Origin: Octopus sinensis
Taxonomy: Eukaryota
DNA length: 64,000 nt
Direction: 5' to 3'
NCBI RefSeq assembly: GCF_006345805.1
Contig: NC_043004.1
Coordinates: 13,702,001-13,766,000 of the forward strand
The position numbers and the translations under genes are program-made. Each line of letters opens with the position of its first letter. The stretch's first letter is position 1. Positions 27,345-41,350 of the stretch are shown in pieces. Under the pieces are notes generated by a model that was not told where the DNA came from, made no database searches, and saw only the letters and a program-made list of their open reading frames with translations.

Positions 27345-28450
27345 GAGCGCAAACTGGGTAACTCGTCCACACGTGGGTTAGAGACCATCTTCTCGGTTAG
27401 AACTCCACGGTTCTGGCGAGCTTCCGGTCCTGGCCCTTCCCTCCTGCTTCTTCCCCGTCCGCATGATTTTTCAGGTTACTCACCAGATTCATCTGGAACT
27501 AGACTCTGATTTAAACGCACGGTAAATTGGGATCTTCATCCAGTGTCTTTGATGCATTTTGTATGGGTTCATTGTTTTTGTTTTCGCGGTTTTACTGTTT
27601 TCCATTAGTCACATTTTATGGTTAATTATCTACCGTTGCTCTTTATCATCTCTAGACTTTGGGATGACTCTACAATGAGGGCAATTCTCTGCTTTCTGAT
27701 TGTTACCCCTTTTGTCGTCAGCTGCCAGCAGCAATGACGAAGCAAGTTTTCATTCGTAGAGCGATAGCTTCTTTAAACAACAGCTTCTGATGTCACTGGA
27801 TGTTACTTAGTCTACAGCTACTAGCCGCCTCCCCTTTTCTGTTTTTTGAGATAATCAAAGCAGAAAGCCTTCAAATATCTCTTACTGCTACATGAGTAAC
27901 AGCTGAGCTGTTAGCCTTTCAACACCAGCCAGATCACATTTCCTCCTACTCCCATGAAGTGGTACATCTCAAGGATAATTGCAAGATCTTTGAAGTAGTT
28001 AGGACCTATTTGCACAACCTACCCAATCACGTCTTATTTTCCGATTACATTGAACCAAGTACTTGATTAGTACTCTATGTTATTCTATGTTATTAACGCT
28101 TGCAATTTTTCTAAACTGTGTCACAAACAGGATAAGGAGCCAAGAGCCAATATTTCTGTAATACCTTTTAGTCTGACCTTGTGTTCCACGAGCATGTAAG
28201 CAAGTGTGTGGCACACCCACTCATCTTATCCCCTTGTCTCTTACTTAGACTTGGGGACCAGCAGTATTGCCTCATATCTCGTTCTTCGATCGATGCAAAC
28301 CATAATATTTCATATTTCGACCAGGACTTCATTCAACTGCTGCCTTGTGGTCATATTGAAAACTTCATGGCTTTTCTCAGAGACAAGCATATCACCTTTC
28401 ACCTTACTTTCCCTTCTATAAAATCGTCTTCCAAGGAAGCAGAAAACTTC
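27345..28450 (-). mobile_element. Highly eroded coding-like remnant, possibly Gypsy integrase region
   Basis: Higher GC, microsatellite-free; only faint motifs (LLVPKSK..AH, YH..G..LV); many stops. Confidence 0.25.
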
Positions 28451-28620
28451 GTGATATGGTTGTCCCACGTTCGTTTTTTATTTTGCCTTTTTATTTTGGC
28501 TTGTTTGCTTTTTTTTTTTTTAATGTTGACCTAAATTTAGAATTACTTTATTGCATGCAAGCAATGCTGATAAAAATTTCAGTGTTCTTTATTACTCTTT
28601 TCGTTAATGATTTGTGTTAA

Positions 28621-29170
28621 AGCGGCGAGCTGGCAGAAACGTTAGCTCGCCGGGCGAAATGCGCAGCCGTATGTCGTCTGCGGTTACGTTCTGAGTTCAA
28701 ATTCCGCCGAGGTCGACTTTGCCTTTCATCCTTTCGGGGTCGATGTAATCGACTTAATCCGTTTGTCTGTCCTCGTTTGTCCCCTCTGTGTTTAGCCCCT
28801 TGTGAGCAGTAAAGAAATAGGTAGTTCGTCTACCGCTACGCTCTGAGTTCAAATTCCGCCGAGGTCGACTTTGCCTTTCATCCTTTCGGGGTCGATTAAA
28901 TAAGTACCAGTTACGCACTGGGGTCAATATAATCGACTTAATCTGTTTGCCTGTCCTTGTTTGTCTTCTGTGTTTAGCCCCTTGTGGGTAGTAAAGAAAT
29001 AGGTATTTCGTCTGTCGCTACGTTCTGAATTCAAATTCCGCCGAGGTCGACTTTGCCTTTCATCCTTTAGGGGTCGGTAAATTAAGTACAAGTGAAACAC
29101 TGCGGTCGACGTAATCGACTTATTCTCTCCCGACAAAAATGGCAGCCTTTGTGGCAAAATTTGAAACCAT
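28621..29170 (+). mobile_element. SINE family A trimer
   Basis: One head, three bodies; junctions AAAGAAATAG|GTA(G/T)TTCGTC at 28820/28821 and 29002/29003. Confidence 0.9.
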
Positions 29171-31131
29171 TATTGGTTGCTATCTGTGAAATGTTTTTTT
29201 CTGTTTAGCACATCTGTCTGTGTTTGCATGTCGAAGTGTTGCCTTTTTTGTTCTTTCTGTTTGCCATATTTGTCATATTTTTTATTTCAAATTTTTATTT
29301 GTATTAAAATATCTGACGTCATGTTTAAAATTCTTGGCGGCATGTAAGCCGGACAAAAAACATAATTGACATTTTGTTAAACAAGTAAGTGAACATTTAC
29401 AAAACGAAACAGAAAATTGCTGAACTCAAACCTCAATTTTCTTTTCCATCCAAGGAGAAAGGTGTTAATATTCAAATGTTCGAAGCATAATGTTACCCAA
29501 AACTGACTCCACAATCAGTATAGATGAGGTAAGTTTTGTATCTTCACAGAACGACGCTCAAACATATCTGCTCTCCAGCAAGCATAATAATAATAATAAT
29601 TAATTGCATAAGCACACGGTCTCAAATTCGTGAAAAGAACGTATATTCGATGCCAGTGACTTTACCACACGACTGCTATTCTTTGTTACAGACTGCCGGA
29701 TAGATGAAATGTAATGTCGACCTTGGTGAGATTTGAACTCAAAACGTAGAAAGACGGGACGAATAGCGCAAAGACGTCTGTTAAAGTGCTAGTGATTCTA
29801 CGAATCATCTGGGGTTTTTTTTATTGCCTACAAGAGACTACAATAAAATGCAAAATGTATCTCACTGAAGGGTTGTAAAACGTAGCTTTACATATACAAC
29901 AAATCTATTGGTGAGTGGACGAATTTAAAACCTACATAAAAATGAACAAATTTTTAAAAAATAATATAAAAATATAAACAGACAAAAGAACTGATATGTG
30001 AGGGGAAGGATTAGGAATCTGCTAAAGTAGTAGTAGTAGTTGTAGTAGTGGTGGTGGTGGTCGTCGTCGTCGTCGTAGTTATTATTGTTGTTGTTGTGGT
30101 GGTGATGGCGGTTGTTGTGGTGGTGATAGTGGTGACTGTGGTGGTGATGGTGATGGAGGTGGTGATGGTGGTGGTGGATGCTGTAGTGGTGTAAATTAAT
30201 GGAGAACTGCTTTAGTTCCTAAAAGACTTGAGCACCAAGGATTCCAAAACTACTACTAATCGATGGTGATTTTTGCCAATAAAATATCAAAATATCACGT
30301 TCTGACATCTACTCCATGCTCTGACCAGTCAGGCTAGCTGGTCATCAAGAGAATAGAATAAAGTTTTTTTTTTCTTTCTATTCTTTTTTTCTTTCCTAGA
30401 GGAACAGAAAAGATGAGGGAAATACATTTATAGATGTAAAGAACAACTATTGGCAAACTTTATAGTTATTGGTCTGACAGCAGGAAAGGGAGATGAAAAA
30501 AAAAGAAAGAGAAAAAAGAAGCGTTGTATGGATTGATTGTTGGAAAGCCTTCGGCAGAAAACGGAGCTTTTGAACATTGGCGGCCATATTTAACTAAACA
30601 GCCTCAATCCTAAATCAGTACATCAGCCATGACATGGTAAATTGCAAAGATCAATTATACTATCAGATAAAAGCAAGATAATCCATCACCCCCCAGCCTG
30701 GGTTGATAAAGATGGAATATACTGTGCCGTGAGACATGGACGGCAAACGTGATACGAAACAAAAAGAGGAATCTATGACAGCATGTGAACATATGCATAT
30801 ATGTGAATATGTATGTAAAGTATGTATGTATCTATGTATGGATGGAGGGATGGACGGACGAATGGATGGATATGTATCATATATATGTTAAATATATTTG
30901 TATGCGTATTATTGTATGCATATGCAAGTGTATGTGTATGTGTATATATATGTATGTATGTATATATGCGTATATATTTATGTATATGTAGAAATACACA
31001 CAAACAGAGATACATATATGCATGCATATGTAGGCATGCATACACACATATATATCTATATACATACACATATATGTATATATATACTTATATCCCTGAT
31101 ATTTATGTATTCTCTCTCTCTCTCTCTCTCG

Positions 31132-31185
<54 letters not shown>

Positions 31186-31278
31186 ATGCATATATGTATA
31201 TATATGTACACACATATATATACATATATATATATACAAAATCTATATATACAGCTACATTCACATATATATATACAT

Positions 31279-31338
<60 letters not shown>

Positions 31339-31431
31339 AGTAAGGAAAAGTTTTTTTAAAAATGCAGAATGCTCAAATGAAAGAAAAATTTTAATAAAAT
31401 GAGAAATTGATAAAATATATAAATATATATT

Positions 31432-31472
31432 TATTCAACCGGGTTTCGTCATTGTATGACTTGTCAAGAATA
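31432..31472 (-). ncRNA. Minimal type I hammerhead ribozyme (U3-A8 variant) in pLTR
   Basis: UAUUC-UUGACAA-GUCAU(ACA)AUGAC-GAAAC-CCG-GUU-GAAUA: stem I UAUUC/GAAUA, 5-bp stem II, palindromic CCGG in stem III, followed by AAUAAA. Confidence 0.75.
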
Positions 31473-31992
31473 TTTATGTTGTAAAAAGTTTTTTAAAAAT
31501 TAGAAAGGGGAAAAAAAGAAAATTGCATTGTTTTTTGTAAAAGAATAATGATAAAAATGTACAAAAATTAAAAAATAAGTTCTCCGATACATTGTGAGTT
31601 CGTTGTGTATCTTGAGTTTTATGGTTGTTTACGAAAAAAATTACTTGAGGTGTTAAGATCCAAAGGGATTAAGAGCATGTGTTGTTGTTAATTCAGCATG
31701 TTGCAGGACAGGAAGTAGTAGTAATTGTGGTCCTGGTTCTTCAGTTCCTGTGTTGTGAGTAAGGGGAGACAACTCTTTTGAGTTCTTCAATAAAACCCAA
31801 ATTATAAAATTATCATTTTAGCTTCATTTGCGTTATCTTTTTTATATAATTGCTTGTTAACTTAACTTTCAGATTTTAACACTTGATTTATATTATTTCA
31901 ATTATATAAATCTGCATAGACAATTGCATTTCAAATTGTCATATCATTTATAATAAAAATGATAGTAATAACAACAATAGTAAAAATGATAT

Positions 31993-32550
31993 TTAAAGAA
32001 TATAAGTTTTAGCTTGAAGTGATGAATGCATGGTATCTTTATATATTTGTGTTAGTCCATCCATGAAGAGTGAGGTAGAGAAAGGAAGTTTGATCAACGA
32101 GGAGTTGCATATTAAGTTGTGTTTGGAATTTTCAATAAAGAGATTCTCCTTGTTAATTCTCTCCTGTGTGGTGATCCCGTCTTTACATTGGTAGAAGGGG
32201 AATATATAGAATTTGGGGTTTAAGTCTTTAGCACATGAGTCTAAGTGGTCACTCAGTGGAATTTGTCGGTATTCCGGGAGATTTATTTGTTCTTTATGCA
32301 CCGTTACTCGTTTACGTAACGGGAGACTCGTTTGTCCAACATAATTATGTTGGCAACCAGCGCATGTGAGAACGTAGATAAGGTTCTCGGAGGAACAGGA
32401 GAAGTTAGTCTTGATTTTAAACTTCGTACCTTGTTTGAAGGTAAATTCAGAGCCTTCAAGTAGAAAGGGGCAGGTACCACAGTTTGAGCGTGCACATTTT
32501 TTTGCTGTTGGGGGTGGATGTGGTGTGTGAAGTTTGGCATTTGTCAAGAG
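31993..32550 (-). pseudogene. GIY-YIG endonuclease domain of a Neptune-type Penelope-like element
   Basis: CARSNCGTC (Cx4Cx2C linker), CSSENLIYVLTCAGCQHNYVGQT..LRKR..H; RT missing. Confidence 0.9.
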
Positions 32551-32653
32551 TTTATTAAAATTTTCTTTCATTTGAGCATTCTGCATTTTTAAAAAAACTT
32601 TTCCTTACTTATCATTTCTCCACGTGCGGTCAACACAACCCCACCATTATTGA

Positions 32654-32707
<54 letters not shown>

Positions 32708-33889
32708 ACATATGTGGTGTGTGTGCATGTATATATATATATATATATAGATGATGTAGAGAAGGTTAAATCCAAGATGTGTCGTCTTGAAGCACATCTG
32801 TTCATTCCAATTCTCCAAAGTTCTATCCAGATGTTATATTTGTATGAGTTATACATAAAACTTTGGCTGAGTATTTACTTATCAAGACAGGAAATGGGGT
32901 AAAAAAAAGATTTTGTATAATTTATTCAACATTACACGTGTTTCATTTACTAATATTATTTGGTTCTCTGCTTGAACGACTTATAATAAGAGATATCTTA
33001 CGTGTTACCCCTACCTGTGCAATTTTCTAATTCCTATTCGCAAATGAAATGCGTGTAATGGTGAATAAATAATACAAAAGTTAGAGTTACGTCCTCTTTG
33101 GCTACAGAGGTCATAATTAAACTAATTATAACTTCTAGGATCAAAAGGGATGTAGAGCTAATTTTTTTCTTTTCTATCCTTTTTTTGCCATTTAAATTCA
33201 TCCTTTCTCTTCTCATTCCAATTTTTGGATTAACCTTCTTGTTTTTATCTCGTGATTTCTCATGTACCAGCGTCCTGATTTTCAAATAGAACAAACCATG
33301 GGCTCAGAGATTAAAAATTTGTCTCTCTCTCCCTCTTTCTCTCTCTCTCTCTCTCTCTCCTTGCTCACACGTGATCATCGTACATTTTTCTTTTCCTCAC
33401 ATGACCATCTTTCTTTTCCTGCACGGACGTTCAAAGGACTGGACATTTTCTTTCTCTCTCTTCTATATTTTCTCTTTTCAAAGAAAGTATTTCTCCAGCA
33501 TTTACTATTGTCCCCTCGTTCTGGTCTAACGACCCTCCATGTTTGTTTTCGTTCGGTTTCCTCGTATGTCTACACTTTCCTGATTTTGTTCCCAACTTTG
33601 ACACTCCATAAATCCTAAATTTTACTTTAGAATTTATGGGAGCAACTGTCTTTTAAGATTCATATTGTCGTTGAATGCTCGAAATGAGGAGTAGATAGAC
33701 AGCCGACAACTGGTGAAGGGGCGTTCTCTGTGCTTATTTGTCCTGTTTTCCATTTTTGATATCGTTGTTTGCGTATTTAACTCGTTTGCTTTCATATTTC
33801 GTGTTATTTACACAGTAGGTGACGTCCTCTATCCATATATGTATGTATGTATATATATATAATATATATAATATATATATATATATATA

Positions 33890-33920
<31 letters not shown>

Positions 33921-33983
33921 CATACATATATATACATAAATATATATACATATATACATATATGTATATACATACATATATAA

Positions 33984-34023
<40 letters not shown>

Positions 34024-34031
34024 CACACACA

Positions 34032-34068
<37 letters not shown>

Positions 34069-34128
34069 ATGTATTCATATATATTCAAATTATATTATTT
34101 AATTGAAAGCTATGCATCCATTTCGAAG

Positions 34129-34177
<49 letters not shown>

Positions 34178-34496
34178 GTCTAATGTATTAGAGTCTCGAA
34201 TACATTTCTTTATGAAGGTGATGCACTAACAAAAGGAAGCGATCTATGCACAATGAAAAGAAGGAGGACTATACATCCGACGAAGTTAAGAAACCCCTAC
34301 CTGATTGCACAAATTGCTACAAATAGCAGCTAGGCTTACAAAACCGGACAGTAAGCATAAACAACATAAATACTCCATTAAAAAATGGGTTAAAAGAACA
34401 ATTACACAATCGCAGGAACTACCAGCTCAATATCATAAAATCAGTGAATTCCCAGGAACCGATCATATAAACATTCCCAGAAACCGATCATATATA

Positions 34497-34713
34497 CGAA
34501 GGGCAGCTGAAAATTTCTTGGTTTTGGGTAAAAGATAATACAGGAGGATCACTTAATTACGATTTTATTCAACATCTTCCACTCTCAAGTCCACGCGCTT
34601 ATTGCAGCTCTCTTTCAGTTTTTCTAAGTCCTATAAAAGAACTCGTATTGTTGGGCTTCCAGCTAAGCCCTTCGCGATACCGTTAAAGCCAGGAACTTTT
34701 TAGCATCCCCTCG
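34497..34713 (-). mobile_element. Mariner-derived MITE
   Basis: TA-CGAAGGGCAGCTGAAAATTTCTTGG ... CCAGGAACTTTTTAGCATCCCCTCG-TA TIRs with TA TSD. Confidence 0.8.
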
Positions 34714-35082
34714 TATATTTACATGTATATGTATGTATATACATATATATAGACAAATGCGTGTGTTTAAGTATAGTACGATAAACAAGATAAATAGAAT
34801 TCTGTGCAAGTATTTGTATATATATTTATATTATTATTATTATTATTATTTTCAGCTGGCAGAATGCCAGAGTGACTCCGGAACAGTTTCGTGCATGGCA
34901 CGTATAAATCTGACTTAAAATTTGGGAGTCTGCTTTTGTTCCGATTGAATGATAATTAGAAAGATAATAACCTCTGGACTGTTCGAGTAAACATTAGAAG
35001 TGGGGGATTATTTGACAAACATATACTTCTTCAAATACTCAGTCGTTTTAACAGCTCAGTACACACAAACACACACACACAC

Positions 35083-35934
<852 letters not shown>

Positions 35935-36618
35935 CCACTGCTGATAGTGCAGAATTTTGATCAAAGGCATTTCCTATGTCAGAGAATCCAGGTCTACATT
36001 AACTGACGTGTTCCTTTTAAGACGGCATAGAGTGAATTGAGGGAGAGTTGATCGCCACTTTTAGCGGATTGGGCGACAACTTCAAAACTCAGATGTTGAG
36101 CCGTTCTTAGCTCGCCTCTTGGCAATGCGTTAATGTACATTAGTCTGTAACAACTGCAGTAACATGGTAAAAGAACATAAGATTCGTTATTACTTATCGG
36201 AATGGTTGAAGTTACCATATCATCATAGCAATATGTAATTAACGATGGCACGTGTGGATTATCAGATTAAAGGATTATCGAAGCGCAACAGGTGGCTGTG
36301 ACGTTTGGCATAGGAATGCCGAGTGGTTCACATTTGACACCCGACTCAGACCTATGATAGGGTCAACTTTAATTTCAGATTTGGCAAAGTATTGAAATTG
36401 AGAAAAGAAGAAACGGATGATGATGATGATGATAATGATAGAGATATATTTAATCCAATGCAAGACTTGTGCTGCCCTCTAGGTATATGCGAGGTGATGT
36501 GGTATTTCATCATTGCATCGACAGAGATTTTAACTGCCTATATTACGTGGATGTGGTGCTTGAGGATAAAATCGAGTTGAACTTATGAAGAAACTATGCA
36601 TGTGATGTTAAATGCAGT

Positions 36619-37200
36619 AAGAAGAAAAAGGAAGAAGGAAGAGGGAAAGAAGAAGAAAAAGAAAAAGAAAAAGAAGAAGAAGAAAAAGAAGAAGAAGAAG
36701 AAGAAGAAGAGAAGAAGAAGAAGAAGGAAAAAGAAAAGAAGGAAAAAGAAGAAGAAGAAGAGGAAGAGAAGAAGAAGAAGAAGAAGAAGAAGAAGGAAAA
36801 GGAGAAAAGAAGAACAAGGAGGAGGAGGTGGAGAAGAAGAAGGAAAGAGAAAAGGAGAGAAGGTGAAAGAGAAGAACAAGGAGGATGAAGTGGAGGAGGA
36901 GGATGAGAACAAGAAGAAGGAAAAGAAGAAGGAAAAGGAGAAAAGAGAAGAAAGGAGGAGGAGGAAGGAAGGAAGGGGAAGAAGAAGAAAGAAAGAAAGA
37001 GAAGAACAAGGAGGAGGAGAAGAAGAAGAAGAAGAAGAGAAGAAGATGAAGGAAAAAGAAAAAGAGAGAAGGTGAAGGAAAAGAACAAAGAGGAAGAAGT
37101 GGAGGAGAAGAAGAAGAAGAAGAAGAAGAAGAAGAAGGATGATGACAATGATGCTGGGGAGGAAGAAGATGGAAGAAAAGAAGAACAAGAACAAGAAGAA
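36619..37200. repeat. Polypurine (GAA/GAG)-rich tract
   Basis: About 580 nt nearly all purine on +; source of poly-K/R/E and poly-F/L/S ORFs. Confidence 0.95.
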
Positions 37201-38179
37201 ATTGGCAGTAAGTTATAAAATGACAGGGAAAAATGGCAGTAACACAAACAACAAGACTAAACATTAGCATTGATCTGTTACGAGTAACTGAATTGATTAC
37301 CGAAGGAATTGTAAAGCTAAAATATCGATTAACATATTGCTAGATATTGGAAGGATAAGTAACATTACTTAGAACCGAGAAAAATACAGCAAGGAAAATA
37401 TGTAACGACTCTTATTTATACGTTGTCTTGTATATCACTCTGTGTAAAAACTAGTATAAGTGGAGCACAACCACAGATTTACAATATAGAATAGCGATGA
37501 CCTTTAACCTCGGACCCTGCCACACGAAAAAAATATCGTCGAGTTCCTTTTAATCTAATCAATGTTGTTTGTTAGAGCCTGATGCACAAACTGAGAACTT
37601 ATAAAGTATTTTTCCCGGATTCATAATACATAACTAGTAGTAATTCTGTTATATATACATACATACATATATATAAATCTCTAGTTAAATATATTCAATA
37701 AGAATATTATATACTGAATTTATTTTGGGTACTCTATTGTATCAAAGTATTAATACTATTAAAGTATTTATATATTTAATACGAGTGATTATATACATAT
37801 ATATTTTTAATAATATATTATTATTAATATTAGGAAATCAATATCAGAAAACTCCTCAGAAAGATACACACGTGTGAAAAATAATTGTTGTATTAAAAAT
37901 TGTTGTATTAAAAATATATAAATAAATAAATATAAATATGTATAAAATATATGAAAATATGTATAAGTATAAATATATAATGTATATGACAGTTTGAAAG
38001 TTTTGAATTAAGTATTTAAAGCAACTCACGATCATTTCACAGAAGTGTTGTCCCTATAATGAAATCCTATATTGATAAGCATTTATATTCTATGTTACGG
38101 GGGTGTAAACACACCACCATCGGTTGTCAAGCGATGTTGGGGGACAAACACAGACATACAACACATACACACGCACACA

Positions 38180-38238
<59 letters not shown>

Positions 38239-38734
38239 ATATATACGACGGGCTTTCTTTCAAATCCACTCACAAGGCTTCGGTCGGCCCGAAGTTATAG
38301 TAGAAGACTTGCTCAAGGTGCCACGCAGTGGGGACTGAATCCGAAACCATGTGGTTCGTAAGCAAGCTGCTTACCACACAGCCACTCATATGCCTATCTA
38401 AATTATATTTTAATATTTTTTTAACGCACGCATAAACGCATGGGCAAAAACATTCACATACATACATACATACATACATACATACATCATACATACATAA
38501 ATTTCTATTTTCAAGAAAAAGCGATCAACTAGTTCGCACATTACAGATACAATGGGTAGGTGGAGCAGTAAAATATGCAAGACTTTTCTGAAGTTTAAAA
38601 TGTGACATTACTTTCGTTATATACATTCCAACTATGGAGTTTTGTATTTTGTTAGAAACGAACTTCTTCCTCAGAAAAAGAATTTAAATAATTAAAATCA
38701 GAAGAGAATATACAGACACGCATACTTAAATACA

Positions 38735-39508
38735 AACGTACATACATACGTACATGCATACATACAAACGTGCATGCATACATACATACATACATACATG
38801 CATACATATATGCATTCATTCATACATACATGCTTGCATACATACATGCATACATACGTACATATGCATCCTTATATACATGCATATACATGCATGCATG
38901 CTTACAAACGCACATATATACGTACATGCATACACACATACATGCATGCATTCATACATATATGCATGCTTACATACATGCGTACATACGTACATATGCA
39001 TTCATTCATACATACATATATACATAATACATACATACATATATACATAATACATACATACATATATACATACATACATGCTTGCATGCATACATACATA
39101 AATGCATACATAAATACATACATAAATACATACATGCATGCATACATATATACATGGATACATACATACACACATATGCACCCTTATATACATGCATGTA
39201 CATGCATGCATACATAAATACACGCATGCATACATACATACATGCATACATAAATACAAACATGCATGCATGCATGTATACATACATACATGCATACATA
39301 AATACATACATGCATGCATACATACATGCATAAATATATACATACATAAATACATACATGTATGCATACAGACATACAAATATACATACATACATATGTA
39401 TATATAAATACATATGCACCCGTATATACATGCATATACATGCATGTATACATACATGCATACATGCATACATACATGCATGCATACAAACATACATATG
39501 CACATGTA
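38735..39508. repeat. Cryptic (TACA/TGCA)n microsatellite
   Basis: Alternating pyrimidine-purine tetramers; source of many HTYI/MYVC ORFs. Confidence 0.95.
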
Positions 39509-40099
39509 TCTGAAGTTTGCCCTATTCTATTAATTAAGAATGTAACAGGCAACAATTTCTAGGAAAAATTTAAACACGGAATACAAAAAAACAATGAAAA
39601 ACTCAGAATTAAGGAATAACATAGTTTTGAATCTGATAAGACTAAGAACGTATACGAAACAGATAAATCTATTTAGCATACATCCTCATCAAACTCAGTA
39701 AAGAGACAGGAAAATCACCTACCGTGAATACTTTTAATAACAGGCAGGAAAAACGGTAGCTAATGATAAAGGAAATGTACAGCAAAACAGAACATGTTTC
39801 GCCAGGACTCCCATATTACAGTTTGAGGGACCATAAAAAGAAATCTTTGGACAAACCCATTTGTTAGGTTAATTGAATCAATGAAAGCTTTCATTAGATT
39901 CAATAGCGAAGTCAGCCGTGAAAGTATCACAACTAAGTTTAACGAGGTCTTAGCCCTATCATTATGAAAGAAAAACCATTTTTTTAACAAACGCTTCTTT
40001 TATTATTTCTAGCTAAAAAAAAAAAAAACAACAACTGATGTTCTAATAATTTGCTATAAAAGATTACTATTTTTCTGTTTAAAATAATTTATACTAATC

Positions 40100-41350
40100 T
40101 CCCGAAACTTTGCCAATCTAATTATCGACATTACAGTTTTGGAAATTAAAATGATCCAAATTTGCATGTAAAGGTGTTTCTTTATGTTTATGCCATTAAA
40201 TATAAAACAGTCCGTCTTATCATTAGATGTCAGTATAAGGGGCAACAGATTCAGCAATGTTCAACGATATCGTGGTTCTCTATCCCCTACCGAAATTTAA
40301 ATCCAAATTCTATCATATTGAAGCAACTCTTTATTGAAATGATAGTATTCTGTCGTTAAGAAATGAAAACAAAACTACAATGGAGAAGCTCAGGAAAACT
40401 TTTCAAGCTTTCTTTAAAGGCGTAATAATACATAATATTATGAAAACTAACACCAAAACCGTCAATGTCTTAGATACTTCATTGAATCCATATGATAGTT
40501 TATATTTTCCTTACCAAAAGCTGAATGAGATACTAAAATATACACACAAAGATTCTAACCATCCTGGTAATATTTTCAATGATTTAAACAAAAAGATTTA
40601 TCTGACTTTATCCAATTGTCCCAAAGCCAACAAATTTTGAATTATTCCCCCATAATACAATGATGTCCTCTTCTGCAGTGGATTATAAAATAAAATAATT
40701 TGCTGAAAATGCAAACCGAACTAGAACAACGAAAACGTTGAAGAAATATACTCTGTTGCAATAGCTATTCAGTTTAGCTATAGTTACACCATTTGCAAAC
40801 AATATTTTTTTGTCTGCAATATAAACTCCTCCTAACATAAGAATTGAAAAATATTAATTGTAACTATATCTAAATTCCTTATTTCAAGACCCATACTTTT
40901 GCATACAAATTAGCTACATTCAAGTCGTCTAAACTTAAGCCGTCGATTCCTAACCCAGGTACCGCTAGCTGTAACTTTATTAACACTAGTAACATTGAAT
41001 GTCCTTTAATCAATTTAACGATACATATAAAGCATCAGGGGATACTAATAACGTCTATTCTTTATATGAATCACACTAGCAGCCGGTTCAAATGTAGATA
41101 TTATCACCAGATTTACTTTTTCCGTAGAAACAGATATGATACGATGCTAGCAAAATTCACATGAAACTAAATAAAACCACCAAATATAGATAAGCATGGA
41201 AGATACTTTGCTTAGCTAACTCCTATACAGGTAATGAAAAGCATGCTATCTTTATACAGCTAATAGCTATGAAATCCTGCTTGCAAATGCATTACGCCTC
41301 AACAGACATTTAGAACGCTGTGATTATTGCTTACATAGAGCATTCTGAAT
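40100..41350 (+). pseudogene. Degenerate Penelope-like RT/GIY-YIG remnant
   Basis: ORF 40380-40640 VNVLDTSLN..Y.PYQKLNE.LKY.HKDSNHP matches the PLE RT thumb (V.YLD..L..Y.KP....Y....SNHP); eroded endonuclease-like text follows. Confidence 0.7.

Larger units (their letters stand above)
31336..32650 (-). mobile_element. 5'-truncated Penelope-like element (Neptune type) with inverted partial pLTR
   Basis: GIY-YIG ORF, downstream hammerhead, and inverted repeat 31336-31398 / 32551-32612. Confidence 0.85.

Noticed and set aside
39629-39670. CTGATAAG..GAAAC hammerhead-like string upstream of the Penelope remnant
   Set aside because: Stem II and stem I do not pair and the 3-8 core pair is mismatched.
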